This document shows, piece after piece, positions 60,601-64,000 of a stretch of DNA of 64,000 nucleotides. Origin of the DNA: Psammoneis japonica. Its lineage: Eukaryota. Position numbers and translations under genes: made by a program. The first letter of the stretch is position 1. Each line of letters starts with the position of its first letter. The DNA is taken from contig QPGO01000004.1 of NCBI GenBank assembly GCA_008632985.1, forward strand, positions 868,001 through 932,000, read 5' to 3'. Below the pieces are notes generated by a model. It saw nothing but the letters and a program-made list of their open reading frames with translations, had not been told where the DNA came from and did not search any database.

Positions 60601-60843
60601 CCAAAGCCTCGGGGCTTTCATGTTGAATCATTCAATTGCATTCAATGTCGAGTTCGTCCCAAGATCCACGTGATGAAATGAACTTGCTTGAAATAATGAG
60701 ATGTCTGATGTCAATGTCGGAGTGAGCAGCTCTCTAGATTCAGACAGCAGCTGAACACTGTGGGATGGTTGGATCGGGCTGGAGGTGGTGGGGACAGACG
60801 AAAGCACAAAATGTGCGTAGAAATCACCGTACAGACCCAAATT

Positions 60844-61141
60844 CAGGGTTAACTAATTGCAAAGTTTTCTGCAGCAATCAGATTGCAGTCAGTCGATTGC
60901 ATCGCTGTGGTCTGACGAACAGATTGCAATCGCCCCGCCGGCCAGGCGCGCCCCCCGCGCAGGGGTTTTAGCTATAAAAAGAGCTCGAATTTCGATTGCA
61001 ATCGATTGCAACAGTCGATTTAGATTGTGATTGCGACCTCGGCTCTTTCCCGACAATCAGGTCATTGCAATCGAGTTTGCAACAGCGATTGCAATCAAAG
61101 TGAGGCTGATTGCAATCGATCCTAGCAATTAGTTAACACTG
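60844..61141. mobile_element. hAT-type MITE (298 bp)
   Basis: 17-bp TIRs CAGGGTTAACTAATTGC / GCAATTAGTTAACACTG (1 mismatch), 8-bp TSD CCCAAATT, and many internal GATTGC(AATC) repeats. Confidence 0.92.
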
Positions 61142-61292
61142 CCCAAATTACCATCGAGCATCGAGCGGCCTGGCTGCTGGCTGTCGGAATGAAGAAACGG
61201 CCAAGCAAAGAGCAACGAAGAACGAAGAGCGCAAATCTGATCGAGTAAGATTCTAAAATAGCACGCCCTAACGTTGGTTCTTCAGGAGGACC

Positions 61293-62696
61293 ATGCTGAC
61301 TCGGTTCCTTAAGTTCCTGTTGATCGCGCTGCTGCTGACAGTGGTTTTCGTGTGGGTCCACCTGCTGGGTCGGCTGGGTGAACTTGACCGCTGGCATGAA
61401 GAGCAGGACGGTCTGTCACCACACCAGCTGTCACACTCGATTGGCTTCCCAGAACGTGTTCCTTCGTCAGTTAAGAAGGAATCGAAAACAACCCAAAGTG
61501 GCGGCGACCAAGGCCAATGCCGAGCTGTGACGGAGCTGCTTCCGCCGGCTCTTCCCATCAGTCCGTATCAGGTGACCGGGAACATGAGTTCTGTTGTAAC
61601 AGCCTTCAGGCAAGCCATGACACAAGATGTGATAAAGAATGCCGTGGCTTGGATGCAGCTTGCCATGCCCAACACTGGCAGTACTAGCATGGAGGGGTAC
61701 ATGGCACTTGGGAGCAACATGACACCTTTAATGCGGTCGGGGGGGTGTAGCCATGCATGTGTCACGCGGATTGGACCCACGCTAATCCCAGCGGCGATCA
61801 GTGGTCTCGCGGCCACAATGGGGTTTTCTTCGGCGCAGCTGCAGGACTGCGGAGCCGAATTGTTCTGGCGACTTAGCAGCGTAGTGCGTTGTCCACACAG
61901 TGGCAGCCACTTTGACTATACCGAGACAGTACAGCATGTCCGTCACTGCTTCCCTGGGATGAACAGGCGTCATAGCTTAGAAGCCGTCACCATTGGAACG
62001 ACAATACGTAACCCAATCCAATACCACTACAAAGATTTCAGAATTGGCCATCCTAAAGTGGGTTTTGACGTAGGGATTTGCCAATTATGGGAGAATTTGA
62101 CTTCTTCAGGTCCTGTCGGTCAGGATAACACAACATTTGGCTTTGCTTGTGAAAGGAATGGGCGCTTTGGCGAATTGGGCATCAGCAGTGATTTTCAAAG
62201 TTACGTTCGATTTGCCCACCACCGCTGGAACATTTTCACCCGCAATCTGGCTGGAACGCTGGCACCTCAGCACATTTCCATTTCACTTTTTAAGGACTCA
62301 CTTAACATGCATAGAAAGGACTTCACTCGCCCGAAGGCCATTGAACAGAACAAGCTCGGGGTCGATGCGCCAGACTACAAGACAGCAATTAAAAACCTTG
62401 AAGCGATGCCTCACTTTTCAATATTCGAACGCATGCCTGAGAGCATAGAGCTGCTTTGCTTTACATACTGCTACAATTGCACGGCACTTGGTTTCACGTA
62501 CAAGCCGAAAACCCGCAAACATGTGCCGGACGATGTAGCAGAGGTGGCGGGCAAGTACCACAGGTTGGACTTGCTCCTTTATGAACATGCCAACAGGCTC
62601 TTGTCACGTCGAATATCATGGATGCGGGAAGCTAAGGCCAAAGGGGTACAGTGTGACATTTTGATCTCTGGATGTGGTTTGATCTGCAAGGATTGA
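61293..62696 (+). CDS. Type II membrane sulfotransferase-like protein
   Basis: N-terminal TM; 5'-PSB-like MPNTGSTS, 3'-PB-like TIRNP, ERMPESIELL and LDLLLYEHA. Confidence 0.72.
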   Translation: MLTRFLKFLLIALLLTVVFVWVHLLGRLGELDRWHEEQDGLSPHQLSHSIGFPERVPSSVKKESKTTQSGGDQGQCRAVTELLPPALPISPYQVTGNMSSVVTAFRQAMTQDVIKNAVAWMQLAMPNTGSTSMEGYMALGSNMTPLMRSGGCSHACVTRIGPTLIPAAISGLAATMGFSSAQLQDCGAELFWRLSSVVRCPHSGSHFDYTETVQHVRHCFPGMNRRHSLEAVTIGTTIRNPIQYHYKDFRIGHPKVGFDVGICQLWENLTSSGPVGQDNTTFGFACERNGRFGELGISSDFQSYVRFAHHRWNIFTRNLAGTLAPQHISISLFKDSLNMHRKDFTRPKAIEQNKLGVDAPDYKTAIKNLEAMPHFSIFERMPESIELLCFTYCYNCTALGFTYKPKTRKHVPDDVAEVAGKYHRLDLLLYEHANRLLSRRISWMREAKAKGVQCDILISGCGLICKD

Positions 62697-63569
62697 AATC
62701 TTGTTTGGCAAATCTTTCTTGACTCTTGGACATCTCCTTTTTGCCGCGTTTTGGTCCATTTGTAAGCTACTAAGTGCGGATGTCTAGACCTTACCTCGTA
62801 TAACTGAATTAAGAACCATGTTGCAAACTGAACAACTATGATTTAGATGGTGATGTGCTTTCCAAAACACGAATAATGTTACGTACTTCTCTCTCAAACA
62901 GCTGTTTCGAATTGACGTCCGGAGCTGCAACACGTACTATCAACAACGGTTCGTTGTGTGAAGTGCAAACTTCCACAAACTTTTTCGGATCTGCAACCTA
63001 GGCCTAAAACTGAAACCGAGTAGCTGTCCCACCGACGAGATGGTTAGGTGCGGCCTCATCGGTATGTCAACGCGGTATATGCCCTAGCATCATTCGTGCA
63101 ACCTGGTAGGCCCTAGTAATGTACAATACGCACAAACTTTCTATGTCAAGAAGACGCCGTACACTAGCGAGCCCTCTAGCGCCTAGTTTAATCAAGTTCA
63201 ATGAGCTGTTCTACAGAATTCGTAGCTTTAATAACTGTAGTGCTACAATGGCATTCTGTCTGATGTCAATGTCGGTGTGATCAGTTCTCTTGATTCAGAC
63301 AGTCGCTCGACATTTCTGGGTACTGTAGTTAGCACAGAAGCTCGGCGAAATAGCAGTTAACATTTCGTTCAATGAGACGCTGCTCAGGTAATGATTATCG
63401 AGTGCGACAATTGAATGATCATCTGAAAGTTATGAAAGACGGATTCTAAGTGTCCAACAACTAAGATTGACATGCCAACCTTTCAGGAACTACGGTATGG
63501 TGTCACGTTCGGTAATGTCTCGTCAGCTTCGGTCGCCTCCTGTGCAAATGACGCATACTCCCTTTCTTG

Positions 63570-63976
63570 TCACAACTCTTCAGCTTCAAGTTTCAACTGC
63601 TCATAGGTTTTTGCACCATTCTCAATCAATACATCCTTAATTATATGAAACGGCTTTGTGTTTGGATCGTGTTCGTCTGCCCCCTCCAAGAGTTTATGAA
63701 CTATATCCAACACCGTGACGGGAGCTTCAGTGTCTTTGTTGAGATCAAAATCAGCATTGACGTCTGCACCGTTCTTGATCAAAACTCTAACTGCCTCGTA
63801 ATGACCTCCGTATACATTCCAACTCAAAGGATGCATTCTCAAACCACCTGAAAAAGTTGTTCGTAAATTGGGATCTGCGCCGTTGTCCAACAAAAGCTGC
63901 GTCAACTCGGGACTCCCAGGAATCGCAGCAAGATGGAGGCATGATTCGCCTTCCTCCGTTGTTTTCTTTGACCAAC
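63570..63976 (-). CDS. Ankyrin-repeat protein, last exon (5' part outside the window)
   Basis: GESCLHLAA...LLLDNGADPN, HPLSW...VLIKNGADVN; splice acceptor tatag at about 63977; C-terminal EEL. Confidence 0.85.
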
Positions 63977-64000
63977 CTATACGATAAGAAACGAAGGATT

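Larger units (their letters stand above)
47140..60700. repeat. TpA- and CpG-depleted block of decayed and nested transposon sequence
   Basis: Near absence of TA and few CG, excess TG/CA; contains the Copia element and tandem repeats. Confidence 0.9.

Noticed and set aside
47140..60700. Dozens of overlapping Cys/His/Gln-rich ORFs in all six frames (for example 50273-51169 and 58707-59636)
   Set aside because: They are an expected by-product of losing TAA/TAG codons and show no recognisable domains beyond the Copia polyprotein.

Overview
Eukaryotic DNA with short GT-AG introns and compact genes, most likely from a diatom (inferred from gene content, a CoDi-like Copia element and a plastid-type presequence). 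About 20 ordinary host genes (COQ2, TPR/Mlp1, NASP, Tim23, AlaX, a DNAJC7-like protein, a PhoD-like protein and others) surround two repeat blocks. Block 1 (about 4.1-16.25 kb) holds a Crypton-type tyrosine recombinase ORF placed head-to-head with a 4.77-kb unit present as two head-to-tail copies, each encoding a ~1060-aa DDE-transposase-like protein; an assembly gap follows. Block 2 (about 47.1-61.1 kb) is a transposon graveyard with a 269-bp triplication, an internally deleted Copia element (both LTRs and a 5-bp TSD), decayed remnants and a hAT-type MITE. The main signal is a repeat-restricted mutation process that converts TpA to TpG or CpA on both strands, the reverse polarity of fungal RIP, alongside CpG decay. 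Four observations support it. The two tandem copies differ almost only at TA versus TG/CA. The two LTRs carry reciprocal CA/TG at the same sites. Conserved Copia tyrosines read as Cys. TpA is almost absent from 47-60.7 kb while flanking genes look untouched. All counts were made by eye and need computational confirmation.
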